Of a DNA stretch of 64,000 nt, positions 12,808-25,060 are shown piece after piece (position 1 is the first letter of the stretch; every line of letters starts with the position of its first letter). The notes beneath the pieces were generated by a model, which saw only the letters and a program-made list of their open reading frames with translations, was not told the DNA's origin and searched no databases. Made by a program: the position numbers and the translations under genes. The stretch is taken from positions 82,212,001-82,276,000 of the forward strand of contig OX597815.1 of assembly GCA_951406725.2 (NCBI GenBank). Reading direction: 5' to 3'. The stretch is from Octopus vulgaris. Its lineage: Eukaryota.

Positions 12808-13250
12808 ACTTCTCAGAACTTTCAGTCTTGTTTGTTCTGAAAGATTCTGTAAAAGCGGAGGGCAGCCTGCTCTCAGAGGTCTTTCGCACATTATAAGCTT
12901 TGATAATTTGTTGCTTATAATCGCGGGAGATATTCAACATCCAAGTACTAATCTCAAAATCCTAGCTGGCCCCAGCAGAGCAGTTTTTTTTTTAGATTTG
13001 CTCTGCTCTCATGTCAATTCCGATTTCTTTGACATATTTCTCGAAGTTGGTTCTTAGTGCTCCGAGTGCCCCTACAACTACTGGAATGACAGACACTCTG
13101 CTCATAATCCACATTCGTGCAATTTCGTCTTTTAGTAGTTTGCACTTTTCGATCTTTTCTAGTTTTTTGTCACTTATGCGTGCATCTCCAGGTATTGCAA
13201 TATCAATGATCTTAGTTTCCTTTTTTCTTCTATCTACCGCAACAATTCCC
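12808..13250 (-). mobile_element. R4/Dong-like non-LTR retrotransposon 3' fragment (RLE endonuclease C-terminus)
   Basis: Minus strand reads IVAVDRRKKETKIIDIAIPGDARISDKKLEKIEK..VIPVVVGALG..KTALLGPARILRLVL; the 3' end abuts (CAA)n(TAA)n at 12675-12805. Confidence 0.8.
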
Positions 13251-14521
13251 TTTTGTGTACAACGTCATTTCCGTTGGTAGTTGTCATTCAACATCACTTC
13301 CGTTGGCCAGTTGGGATTGATTTACTTCAGTTGGCATATAATAGTCTTTTAAGCAGCAAGGGTTACGACAAATGGCTGGTCTCTGTTAATTTCTCTGCAG
13401 CACGTGTGGTTTTATTTATATGTAGAATAATTTTGTAGGGATATATTTATTTTATTAGTTTCCAATGTTTACAGTTCTTAGGTAACAAGTAAGTGTTAAC
13501 GTAATGGGTATACTATGCTAATGTTTTGCAATAGCAACACCCAGCTGCTAGAAATCCAAACTTATACTTGTGATCTACAGTATTACTTAACTTCAGTGGT
13601 CAGGAGGTACGAATTTAGTTGCGTCCCACGCTTCGCCTCTCACTTCTATATGAAGCAGAACATCTGTACAGAACATAATATCAATAAACGATAAATAACT
13701 TAAGAACACATGATTACATTTGCTTTTTTCATTAAAGAGACATTTCATGTAATGGCTCTGATGATACTTTGGAATGACGCGCTTGTACTCAACTTCAAGT
13801 GACCGGTTCTTTGTAAACGAAACAACTGTATAATCACAACTAAATGTGATTATATAATATCTAATTATTTTGTCAGTCATATATTTTCTATCTCTCATAA
13901 GATATGTATGTATCTATACATACATACCTACATACATACATACATACATACATACAGACAGACAGACAGACAGACAGACATACAGACATACAGACAGACG
14001 TATGTACATACACACACACACTCACTCATACGTATATATTATACGTATATATTATACGTATATATTATACGTATATATTAGTATATATGTTGGGGTATGT
14101 GTATGTAATATTTCATGAACTGGTTGCTTTTTTCTTTACTTATTGCTTATTTAAAATATTTTCTCACTCAAAACTATGCATATTTCTTCAGTTATATTAC
14201 AGCATTCTATATATCATTAAAAATATAAATAAATAATAAAACTTAATCTTTTGCCATTTTATCTATTTGGTGGCTGAGGTATGTTTAGCCGTGATGTATT
14301 TCCTTTCTACTACTGCATGAAACGATTAAAAATATATTTTCTTATCGCTTTGCCTTAGAAATACGGTTTTGAAAATTTGCTAACGAACTCCCGCCATTAA
14401 ATTTTCCATATCAACTGAAAAGACAGCAAAATATTCGAACAATTTATACATGAATTACATTTTTCTATCGTTTTCTTTCCTTTCATTTTGATATTCACTA
14501 TCATCATCATCATCATCATCA

Positions 14522-14565
<44 letters not shown>

Positions 14566-15094
14566 GTTGTTGTTGTTGTTGTTGTTGTTTTTGGGACACG
14601 TATCGCACATCGCTCCCATAAGTTTGTTGTTCTTTATATAGTTACATAATGTTATATGTATTCAACTTTTGTTATCGCTATATAGATAAACTAACCAGGA
14701 CCTTTGGGAGCTGGCTAGTTTTACTCCATCTGTAGCCCTTGGGGTTAAGTAGGGGTTTGTTCAGTAAACACGCCCCTTGATTTTTGATGAAAAAGAAAGA
14801 TGGTGGACGAGGATTGTTCGTCCGTTGAAGAGAACAGCCAGTTATCTGCAGAACAGAAAAGTTAAATTATAAAAGCCAGTAACAGCAGCAGCAGCAGTAA
14901 CAGTAGCAACAGCAAAAACAACAACAACAACAACAAAAACAAGACAACACATGAAATGTTTGAAAACAACTTTCAGGTGTTATAAAAGCCAGCACTACCA
15001 TTACAGGAACAACGAAAGAGATCAATGACAACAAAACACTGCCACCTCCACCACCACCACCAGTGGCGACAGTAAATCCACTACCATGCACATC

Positions 15095-15155
<61 letters not shown>

Positions 15156-15159
15156 CATT

Positions 15160-16423
15160 ATGATTTTCAAATACACTCAACAGATTACACTATTGGAAAA
15201 GAAAAGAATCCTAACATTGGACTACAACAAGTAACCTTAGATGCCAAGAACCCTCCTAAGTATCCTAGTTGTCCTTAATAATGCTGTTTTCTGAAACTGT
15301 ACTAAACTGGGTTTTATGCCTATTTCCTCTATCCAACAGTTCAGATATTTAGGGATAGTTCCCAATGCACCTGTAACTACTAGATATATTTTATCCGCAT
15401 TTTCCATAGCCTCTGTAATTCAGTAGCCAAGTCCTGGTACTTTGCTATTTTTTCTATAATTCTCATACTCTTTACTCTTTCTCTTTTACTCTTTTACTTG
15501 TTTCAGTCATTTGACTGCGGCCATGCTGGAGCACCGCCTTTAATCGAGCAACTCGACCCTGGGACTTATTCTTTTGTAAGCCCAGTACTTATTCTATCGG
15601 TCTCTTTTGCCGAACCGCTAAGTAACGGGGACATAAACACACCAGCATCGGTTGTCAAGCAATGCTAGTGGGACAAACACAGACACACAAATACACACAC
15701 GCATATATATATATACATATATACGACGGGCTTCTTTCAGTTTCCGTCTACCAAATCCACTCACAAGGCTTTGGTCGGCCCGAGGCTATAGCAGAAGACA
15801 CTTGCCCAAGGTGCCACGCAGTGGGACTGAACCCAGAACCATGTAATTGGTAAACAAGCTACTTACCACACAGCCACTCTTGCGCCTATATTAATTTTTT
15901 CATCACTTGTCAATTATCTGGCACTTTCTATTCTCTTAATCTACTACTTCCAAATCAGGCCTTCTAGCTTCTATTACTCTGTCAGTCTGAATGTTATAGT
16001 CCTGCAACATCTTGTATTTCTTTTTTTTATAATACTTTACTAGGTTAGTGTTCATACCATTTATCAGTATGTTTAGATCCTAGCTTTTTACATAACTCCC
16101 AGGGGATTGCTCTCCCTAGATAGTCATGTATTTTCTTTTATTCTTTCTGTGCCAGTATGCTACATTCACTTACTATATGAGTATCCTTTTCTTCTTTTGA
16201 TTTGCATAATCTACATTGGGAATCTACTTGGTTTTCGGCTATCTTGGCTTTTTTATCTAATTAGTCTTTAATGTTTGATCTTGTGCTGCTACTAACAAAC
16301 TTTATGTTCCCTTCAGCTTTCCTTTCTGCAAACATAACCATGTCTCATTACTACTAGTTGCTGCAACTATCTTTGGGAATCTACCATGCAACGACTTCTC
16401 CTACCAGTCAGATAATTACTCAT
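15160..16423 (-). mobile_element. Degenerate R4/Dong-like LINE 3' part, interrupted by a SINE
   Basis: Minus strand CRLCKSKEEKDTHIVSECSILAQKE (CCHC) and QKTALL motif; the 3' end abuts (TAA)n at 15096-15155. Confidence 0.7.
15466..15888 (-). mobile_element. SINE family A, full length, nested in the LINE remnant
   Basis: Reverse complement of 69-480 including the tail. Confidence 0.88.
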
Positions 16424-16471
16424 CTTCTTCTTCTTCTTCTTCTTCTTCTTCTTCTTCTTCTTCTTCTTCTT

Positions 16472-16549
<78 letters not shown>

Positions 16550-16591
16550 CTTCTTCTTCGTCTTCTACTTTATTTATTTAGTTATATATAT

Positions 16592-16628
<37 letters not shown>
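16424..16628 (+). repeat. (CTT)n(CTA)n(CTT)n and (TTTA)n microsatellites
   Basis: Directly visible. Confidence 0.95.
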
Positions 16629-16630
<2 letters not shown>

Positions 16631-16980
16631 CTTCAGAGTTTCATTTGTTTAGCATCTGACTTATTCTGAGATTCTATGCTGAACAGTCATGATAGTCATT
16701 TCAAATACTAATAAACAGAACATTATTTTCCCGTCTGTTCTATTTTGAAATGGTGTTATATATTGAGTCAAAAACTAAAATACCCATCAAATACTTATCT
16801 CGATTGTTTTCTGAGGAATTGTGTCAGTGACCACATCCTAAATGTATGACGAGTTTATTATTTTATTATTCTTTTGGACATTTTATGGCATATGACACCA
16901 GCCCCAAAATATAACAAAAGACAATATAACTTTGTTTTAAACTATTATCACTCTCTCACGATGTAACTGTATTAGTTTTT

Positions 16981-17025
<45 letters not shown>

Positions 17026-17030
17026 CATAT

Positions 17031-17370
17031 ATTCTTTTACTTGTTTCAGTCACTTGACTGCAGGCATGCTGAAGCACCACCATTAGTCGAACAAATCGCT
17101 CCCAGAACTTTGTGTGCCTAGTATTTATTCTATCGGTCTATTTTGCCGAACCGCTAAGTTATGGGGACGTAAACACACAAGCATCGGTTGTCAAGCGATG
17201 TTGGGGGACAAACACAGACACACCAACACACACACATATACGACGGGCTTCTTTCAGTTTCCGTTTACCAAATCCACTCACAAGGCTTTGGTCGGCCCGA
17301 AGCAATAGTAGAAATCACTTGCCCAAGGTGCCACGCAGTGAGACTGAACCCGGAACCATGTGGTTGGTAA
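17031..17370 (-). mobile_element. SINE family A
   Basis: Reverse-complement similarity to 69-480. Confidence 0.82.
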
Positions 17371-17474
17371 CAATCACACATCCATATGTCTGCCTATTTG
17401 TCTGAATACATATCTATCCCTCCCTCCCTCCCCCCCCTCCCCCTCCATCCATCCATCCATCCATCCATCCAATC

Positions 17475-17603
<129 letters not shown>

Positions 17604-17654
17604 TCAGTGCGTTTTTTCTTTTAACATTATACCGTCTAATATTGGGAAGAACTG

Positions 17655-17685
<31 letters not shown>

Positions 17686-18707
17686 ATTGCTAAATTTAAG
17701 TAATGCAAGATTTGGATTCGGAAAGTAATTTTATAATAATTAACCTGGACTAATGAAGTTTGAAATGTTTTAGGTGCTTGTTCTCACCTTCTAAAGAGTA
17801 AGTCTTAAATAAAGTATTTAATACAAGCTAGTATTAAATTACATTATGTTTGGAACAAAAGTGAAAGTATTGTAATAGTTGCGACAGCTTTGATCATATT
17901 TCTGCTTCAGCAACGCTGTACTTCAGATAATTAATCAACTCGACAACAAAAAAAAACAAAAACAAAAAGAAACCATCCTCAAAAAGCAAGCAAACAAAAT
18001 AGAATGGTGTGCTAATAATTCCCGGGTCAACCCTGATATCAAGTAACCTACGACCAAATATGTTCCGGTTATGAACCTTGCACCATAATTTTTTATTATA
18101 ATATTTACACTACTTCATTAACCACGTTTCCTTTCTTTATTTTCTTCCAGATGTTATAGTGTGATATAAAGAAGATTTGTTTCTTAGAATGCCGAATCGC
18201 TGAGCAGAAACTCAGTACAGAATCCGTCATTGACATATATAGTTGGAGTACAATGTAACTGTGTGCCGCTAATTCATGTTTCAACTAAAAGTACGTGTCA
18301 AAAATTGAGAGAATTTTCCCATGTCTATAACAAACCTAGCGCGCAGACCCAGTTAAGTGGAAGTTTATCAAGTGTTTTAGTTAGTCACAGCGATCCAGTT
18401 TACGTGCATAAATTTTTAATCGTATATTTGTTTAAAAAATTGAAATATCGGTCACCGGGCCTGAACAACGCTTGCTCAAAGATCCAGTCCACTGGGACCT
18501 AAGATACTTGTTTTAATAGTCATAGCAAGACAAGGTATGCCTGCATTTTAAAAGTTTTTCAACTTTTAATCACACGTATATCTTGGTTAATGAGAATGTG
18601 ATTTCCTAGCAACAGAATAACTATAAAAACTCTGATATGCCGAAACCCATACGTACGAATACACACACATACATTTAGCCATTCACCTCTTCGTTTCTAC
18701 TTATTTC

Positions 18708-19598
18708 TACGTGATCAATAAGTATCCAGATTATTTAAATTGTAACGACGCTAAAGCATGCAGAGGAAAACCGCTTGGCACAGATTGACCTTGAACTCGA
18801 TTGTGCATGCATGCACACTAAGTTTCAACGTTCTAGCTCACTTCTGCCGTTTACAGAAGTGTTTGGAAGGAACGTGTGTAGCTGTGATCGTCACATTGAC
18901 CATAACAGAGAACTTTGAGCAGAGATTCTGCGTCAAATTTTGCCAAAAGCTTGGCGATACCTGTTCAGAGGCCTACGCAAAGTTGCAGGAAGTGTATGGA
19001 GAGGAGTGTACGAACCGAAAAAATGTCGATAGTAACGAACGTTCTGGAAGACTGCAAACAGCAGAACTGAGAAAACAGTGCAGATGTGCGTGCAGCTGTG
19101 AGGGGAAATCGTCGAATCACAATCCGTGAGTTGTCAGATTAGTTACGGTTCAGTTCAGTCCATTATCACTGAAGATTTGGGCATGAGACGCGTGTCTGCC
19201 AAGTTTGCGTTAAAACTGCTTTCAGCTGACAGCGCACCTGCTCATTCAGCGCAGCTTGTGCAGCGGGTTTTGGCAAGGCACAGCATTCCTTAAGTCCAAC
19301 AGCAACCGTATTCCTCAGATCTCGATCCCTTGCAACTTTTCCTGTTTCTAAAAGTCAAATTCCGCTTGAAAGGAAGAAGATTTCAGAACACCGAGGAAAT
19401 CAAAGTGAATGCGACAAGGCAGCTGCTGATTATACCACAAAATGAGTTTCAGGAATGCTTCCATCAATGGAAACAGTGGTGGATTAAGCGTGTGGCTTCC
19501 GAAAGGACTACTTTGAAGGAGATTAAATGCCAAATCGGTACGTGTTGTATTTTTCTTTCTATAGTACCAGTCCGGGTAATTATTGATCAAACCTAGTG

Positions 19599-19600
<2 letters not shown>
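18708..19600 (+). mobile_element. Internally deleted, decayed mariner (Tc1/mariner) transposon
   Basis: EQRFCVKFCQKLGDTCSEAYAKLQEVYGEEC (N-terminal HTH), DSAPAH..PYSSDL and FLFLKVKFRLKGRRF motifs; imperfect TIRs TGATCAATAAGTATCCAGA and TCCGGGTAATTATTGATCA. Confidence 0.85.
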
Positions 19601-19674
<74 letters not shown>

Positions 19675-19684
19675 TAATAGCTAT

Positions 19685-19840
19685 AGATAACACAGGTGGC
19701 GTGGAGAGGGGAGGCTGGTATGCATGGGCGACTGCTGGTCTTCCATAAACAACCTTGCCCGGACTTGTGTCTAGGAGGGTAACTTTCTAGGTGCAATCCC
19801 ATGGTCATTCATGACCGAAGGGGGTCTTTACCCTTTACTT
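19685..19840 (+). mobile_element. SINE family C2 3' tail (5'-truncated)
   Basis: Nearly identical to 42940-43092. Confidence 0.8.
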
Positions 19841-19844
19841 CCCT

Positions 19845-20056
19845 TATATATGCCAAAAATGCATTAAAAATGATGGTAAATTTTTTTTTAATCGTAGACT
19901 CATCGTAGACGCGCGCTAATACCCAGAAGGGCTCGATATGAATCACGACTATAAGATACCCGGTTTTGGTTAAACTGCAACGCAAAATGTGGGAGTAGTT
20001 AGGAATCTAAATCGTAGGAGACAGACAGCACACAACCTCACTTTTATATATAAAGA
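19845..20056 (-). mobile_element. Non-autonomous Helitron 5' fragment
   Basis: Minus strand starts A|TCTTTATATATAAAAGTGAGGTTGTGTGCTGTCTGTC, resembling the Helitron 5' ends at 21830 and 43103. Confidence 0.55.
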
Positions 20057-20693
20057 TATATATATGTATATATATATATACATATATACACGCTTATCAT
20101 ACATGTATGTGTATACATATATGAATACGTTCATGTGTGTGTATGCACACATCTGAAAATAAGAAACATTCATATGAACACACACTCACATACACACACA
20201 CAGATGTAAAAAAGCAGACGTTTGATTATCGCTTGGTATAACTAAAAACGTGATGCAAACATTATGCACGCAGGTGCAGAGAATAAGAACCATTTCATAA
20301 TTACCTTACACTTCCTGTATTCTTCTTAAGCACACAGGCTGATGATACATACATATATATATATACATACACACACACAAACTCACACACAAACACACAC
20401 ACACACACACACATACACACACACATACACACATACATGTATATATATGAAGAGAGAGAGAGAGAGAGAGAATTCCACATGTGGCGACGAACTATCACAC
20501 ACATATACACACTCGCATTCATAGACACATGCTTTGAATAACCTCAGGGTACTTGAATTCTTTTTTAACATACCACTACTACAAGTTGTAGCAGCAGCAG
20601 TAGAAGCAGCAGCAGCAGCAGTAGTAGCAGTAGTATTAGTAGTTGTTTGGGCAGCGCACTTCATGTTCGGGCAGAAAAATATATATATATATA

Positions 20694-20788
<95 letters not shown>

Positions 20789-20792
<4 letters not shown>

Positions 20793-21109
20793 GGGCACGT
20801 GGCTTAGTGGTTAGGGCATTCGGCTCATGATCGTAAGGTTGTGAGTTCGATTCCCGGCGACGCGTTGTGTCCTTGAGCAAGACACTTTATTTCACGTTGC
20901 TCCAGTCCACTCAGCTGGCAAAAATGAGTTGTACTTGTATTTCAAAGGGTCAGCCTTGTCACTCTCTGTGTCACGCTGATTATCCCCGAGAACTACGTTA
21001 AGGGTACACGTGTCTGTGGAATGCTCAGCCATTTGCACGTTAATTTCACGAGCAAGCTGTTCCGTTGATCGTATCAGCTGGGACCCTCGTCGTCGTAACC
21101 GGCGGAGTC

Positions 21110-21112
<3 letters not shown>
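20789..21112 (+). mobile_element. tRNA-derived CORE-like SINE family C1
   Basis: A box TGGCTTAGTGG, B box GAGTTCGATTCC and GTGTCCTTGAGCAAGACACTTTA core; inserted in (TA)n. Confidence 0.85.
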
Positions 21113-21151
<39 letters not shown>

Positions 21152-21359
21152 TTACATATAAGAGACCAAATTGTACGTATGCCGCTATATGTATATAGTA
21201 AAGAATACATAAAATGGGACAAGAACGCAACAGGCGACAACAAAACATCCTGACAGTTAGATGATACAAAAAGGGTCATGAATTAACAAGGACGGGTCAT
21301 TCGAGTTTTCTTTCGTCAGTCAAGTTCCAAGATCATCTTTGCAGTCTCGGTTGGTTATA

Positions 21360-21560
21360 CTGTGTGCGTGTCTTTGTGTTTGTGTCTGTTCCCACCGTCG
21401 TTTGACGACTGGTGTTGAAGTGTTTATACTCCCTTAGCAATTCGGCAAAAGGAACCGATGGAATAAGTACCAGGCTTATAAAAGAATGTACTGTAGTTGA
21501 TTAAATTTTCCAGAGATGTGCTACAGTATGGCCGAAGTCTAACGACAGAAATAAGAAATG
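21360..21560 (+). mobile_element. SINE family A, degenerate 3' half
   Basis: TTCGGCAAAAGGAACCGATGGAATAAGTAC similarity. Confidence 0.6.
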
Positions 21561-21829
21561 ATAAATGCGAAAGTAACTGACCATTTCACAGACACGTGTA
21601 CCATCAGCGTTATTTTGAGACAGAATCAGCGTGGCATAGTGTGGCGAGATTCTACCTTTTGAATTACAGCTTAACGGCATCTCATGTAACCAATTTCACT
21701 GACAGTGTATGAATCGACACGGGCAAAAGTAAATGACGCCATTCCAAGATACCCTGCAAAGGATCAAACTGAGATTCCATAGGTGAATGCGAATTTCTCG
21801 ATCATTCGGCTATACCTAGACGCGAACAA

Positions 21830-22219
21830 TCTATATATATAAAGCTGAAGTTGTCTGTGTGTGGCAGGTTTGGTAGCCTTCAACTAACACTATCTCCTCT
21901 GAGACCATGCGGCGCAAGTTGACCGAAATTGAGAGTATGATAGAAGATGGCTTGCTCTTCATTCCGTAGAAGAAAAAAATCAAATCGGACCATGTTAAGA
22001 CCAAAAATTATTAAATCAAATAGGTGCTTTTTTTTCTATGAAAATCCCTATTTTTTACGATGTTTTGACTGCTTTGTCGCCATTTTTCGATGTATTTCAA
22101 CCAGAAAAATGCTCACTTAAAGAGAATAACAAGCTACATAATGCAAAATTTTTACTTTTCAAAAATTCCAATTCTAAAGGGTCGAAGCAAACCCGCGCAA
22201 CACCGGGTGATACTGCTAG
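21830..22219 (+). mobile_element. Non-autonomous Helitron
   Basis: 5' TC, 3' CTAG, subterminal hairpin ACCCGCGCAACACCGGGT, A|T insertion site, no TSD. Confidence 0.8.
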
Positions 22220-22291
22220 TATATTATAAATCTATACAAAGAATATTTTCTTTCTCTCACTATGGGTATAATGGGAAACAAAATCTGTTAT

Positions 22292-22346
<55 letters not shown>

Positions 22347-22351
22347 GGAGG

Positions 22352-22566
22352 GAGGGAGTGTTGAAAAGTTCCTGGCTTTAAGGGTGTCGGGAAAGGCCTG
22401 GCTGGAGGCCCAACCTTCCAAATTATTTTACAGGGCTTAAAAAAACTGAAGGATCGCTGCAATAGGTGTGATCCTGAGAATGGAATAAGTTGAATAAAAT
22501 CATAATTAATTGATCGTCCTATATTTTCTTTTACTCAAAGCCAAAAAATTTTCACCAACCCGTCGA
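22352..22566 (+). mobile_element. mariner-derived MITE
   Basis: Imperfect TIRs GTGTTGAAAAGTTCCTGGCTTT and AAAGCCAAAAAATTTTCACCAAC; internal remnant GLKKLKDRCNRC resembles a mariner C-terminus. Confidence 0.65.
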
Positions 22567-22573
22567 ATGAATG

Positions 22574-22616
<43 letters not shown>

Positions 22617-23468
22617 TGTGTGTGTGTGTATAGCTTGTACTCGATCCTATAAGCTCATTAAGTCGAACCATACCTCAGTATACAAGACCTTCAATACTGA
22701 GGGTATAAGTCTTCTCTGCGTTTGTTCTTAGACGCGAGTGTGTCGAAGGGTTAACCTGTGGCGCGTATTCGTTTTCAATTGAGTGGGCTAGAACAGCATG
22801 AAAAGTGTGCCACGCTCAAAGATACACGTGTCACGTCTTTTGAAAAATCAAACCCCACACCCACCTGCTAACGATCGTAAACCACAACATCTTAACCACT
22901 ACGCCACTTGCAGTTTATACATACCCGTATACTTATACTCATATGTGTGTGTGTGTGTGTGTGTGTGTGTTAGCAAATGCATGTAAGCCTTTATGCAATG
23001 GCGAATGATTAAGCCTGCAGCTGACGTAACAATGTGCAGTAGACTGCATCTTGTATAAAACTATTCACGGCAAATTAATTCATTCGGGTTTATGAATTTT
23101 TTTACACAGTCACTAGTTTCTTGGATCCTCCTACTGTTTTACTGACATCGTGTACATACTGATTGGTTCCAGTGTATAGGTTTTGCTTTTCTTTTGTTAA
23201 GGCGGTGTTAGCGAAGACCTGAATACGCATCTCTGGTGAAAATCATCAGGTGTGAGGTAACAGCTTTTGTCATTTGTATGTACTATGCATCCTGGGGCTT
23301 TGTTAGAACACGATCAAGCAGAGGCGAAACGTATTCAACTGTGAACATATGTCACTGTATTTATGACATTAAAGGAACTAAACGCGCTCACACACATGCA
23401 GTTATCCAAACACACACTACATGCATGTGTGCATGCGCAGCGAATACGCGTGCATGTACGTATGCAAG

Positions 23469-23552
<84 letters not shown>

Positions 23553-24081
23553 CATTACATACATATGCATATACATATATACGCAAGTTACATAGAAGCG
23601 TATTTATATGTTAGCATGTAGTCATAACATGCAAGCAAAGAGGCATACACACAAACGCACACACAATCACATAGACGCATACACAACCACACACTTATAC
23701 AATTACACACAAAATCGCATGAAACATACGTATACGTATCTCTATATGCGGTTGTGTAAGGTTTAAGTATATGTCTAGTTCAGTGCGTACAATTTCTATG
23801 CAGAACACGTCTTAATATACAAAGCTGAGACAGCTCTACTATGAAAAAGGCTTTTTCTCTTTTTTCCGTTCATATACATGTGTGCACGTGTACGCGTGTA
23901 TGCATATATGTGCATGTGAGTATGTTCGTTATTTAGTTTGTTTCAACCACCTCGGGCCAAGCGATGCATGTATACTTTCATATATACTTCCATTTATATA
24001 CACTAGCAGCATAATTCAGCATTGCATGGTTTTGTATATTTTTATCGCATTAGTCAGGACGACAGTGCTCATTACCATTAC

Positions 24082-24162
<81 letters not shown>

Positions 24163-24385
24163 ACTCCAGTGTAGACATGGGCAAACAGTGTCTGGTCATC
24201 CAGATCTTATGTAGATAGGGTATTTTGTAGGCCAGCAGATAGGAATAGCATAAATTACAGCAACATTCGTCCTAAACCAGGACTGCCATTTTATGTTGGT
24301 AAATATTCTTTACTCTATAACATAGGTTGTCCACAATTTGAATTCGTCAATCACAGACCATAAATTTGTGATCTGTACGGTTGAC

Positions 24386-24945
24386 CTAGATAGGCTCTAT
24401 AGGTAGGGACCCGGGTACTTGAAGCTGAACGCATCCTTCCCGGTGTGTCAAGCTATCGTCCAAGACTGTGAAGATCTCCTCGCCTCCTTCCTTTGGCCGG
24501 GAAAGGAGGGCACTTTTTCCCTGTCTGGTGGCTATGGCAAAAGTGGTTGTGTGGTGGACGCGATTGAAAGTCATGAAGACGGGTTCCTTCCTATGTGGCC
24601 AAGGCCTCATTGACTTTTTCCGCTTCCATTCGAAAAGGAAAGAGAGGCTGGAGAGGGAGGTACTGTCACCCAGTAAGTTCGTTGAAAGGTGGGTGAATGT
24701 GGCAAGAATGACACGCGTGAATGGACCTACTCTAAGCCTGTAGGCCGGATGAACGAGAGAAGAGAGGGTGCCTTTCTGAGGTGCTGTTGGTGTTAAGGGG
24801 TTCAAACTGCGTTAGGTCTCTTTGGTCAGCTTATGGTGGAACTCACCACTATTGGGGCCGCTCTTTACACGTTTAACCTCATTGTCTTCGTCTATGTATC
24901 GTCATCTATGTTTTGTGTTCGCCCTGGTGGCCAGTAAAGAAAGTA
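24386..24945 (+). mobile_element. L1/Tx1-type LINE 3' end (ORF2 C-terminus plus 3' UTR)
   Basis: LVAMAKVVVWWTRLK..FFRFHSKRKERLEREVLSPSKFVERW; ends GCCCTGGTGGCCAGTAAAGAAAG followed by (TAT)n; homologous to 33660-34165. Confidence 0.75.
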
Positions 24946-24974
24946 TTATTATTATTGTTGTTATTATTATTATT

Positions 24975-25060
24975 GCGAGCTGACAGAATTGTTAGCATGC
25001 TGGACGAAATGCTTGGCGGTTCTGAGTTTAAATTTCACTGAGATCAACTTTGCCTTTCAT
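24975..25060 (+). mobile_element. SINE family B 5' fragment
   Basis: GCGAGCTGACAGAATTGTTAGCA..TCAACTTTGCCTTTCAT, truncated at the LINE junction. Confidence 0.7.

Noticed and set aside
14780-14860. MKKKDGGRGL motif resembling an R4-type LINE
   Set aside because: Too short to call as a feature.
18350-18560. Possible hAT transposase C-terminal remnant on the minus strand
   Set aside because: Only a weak AG..CLAMTIKT resemblance; insufficient support.
20789-20860. tRNA gene-like sequence (also 42754-42825)
   Set aside because: It continues into SINE core and tail and lacks a proper acceptor stem, so it is a SINE head.
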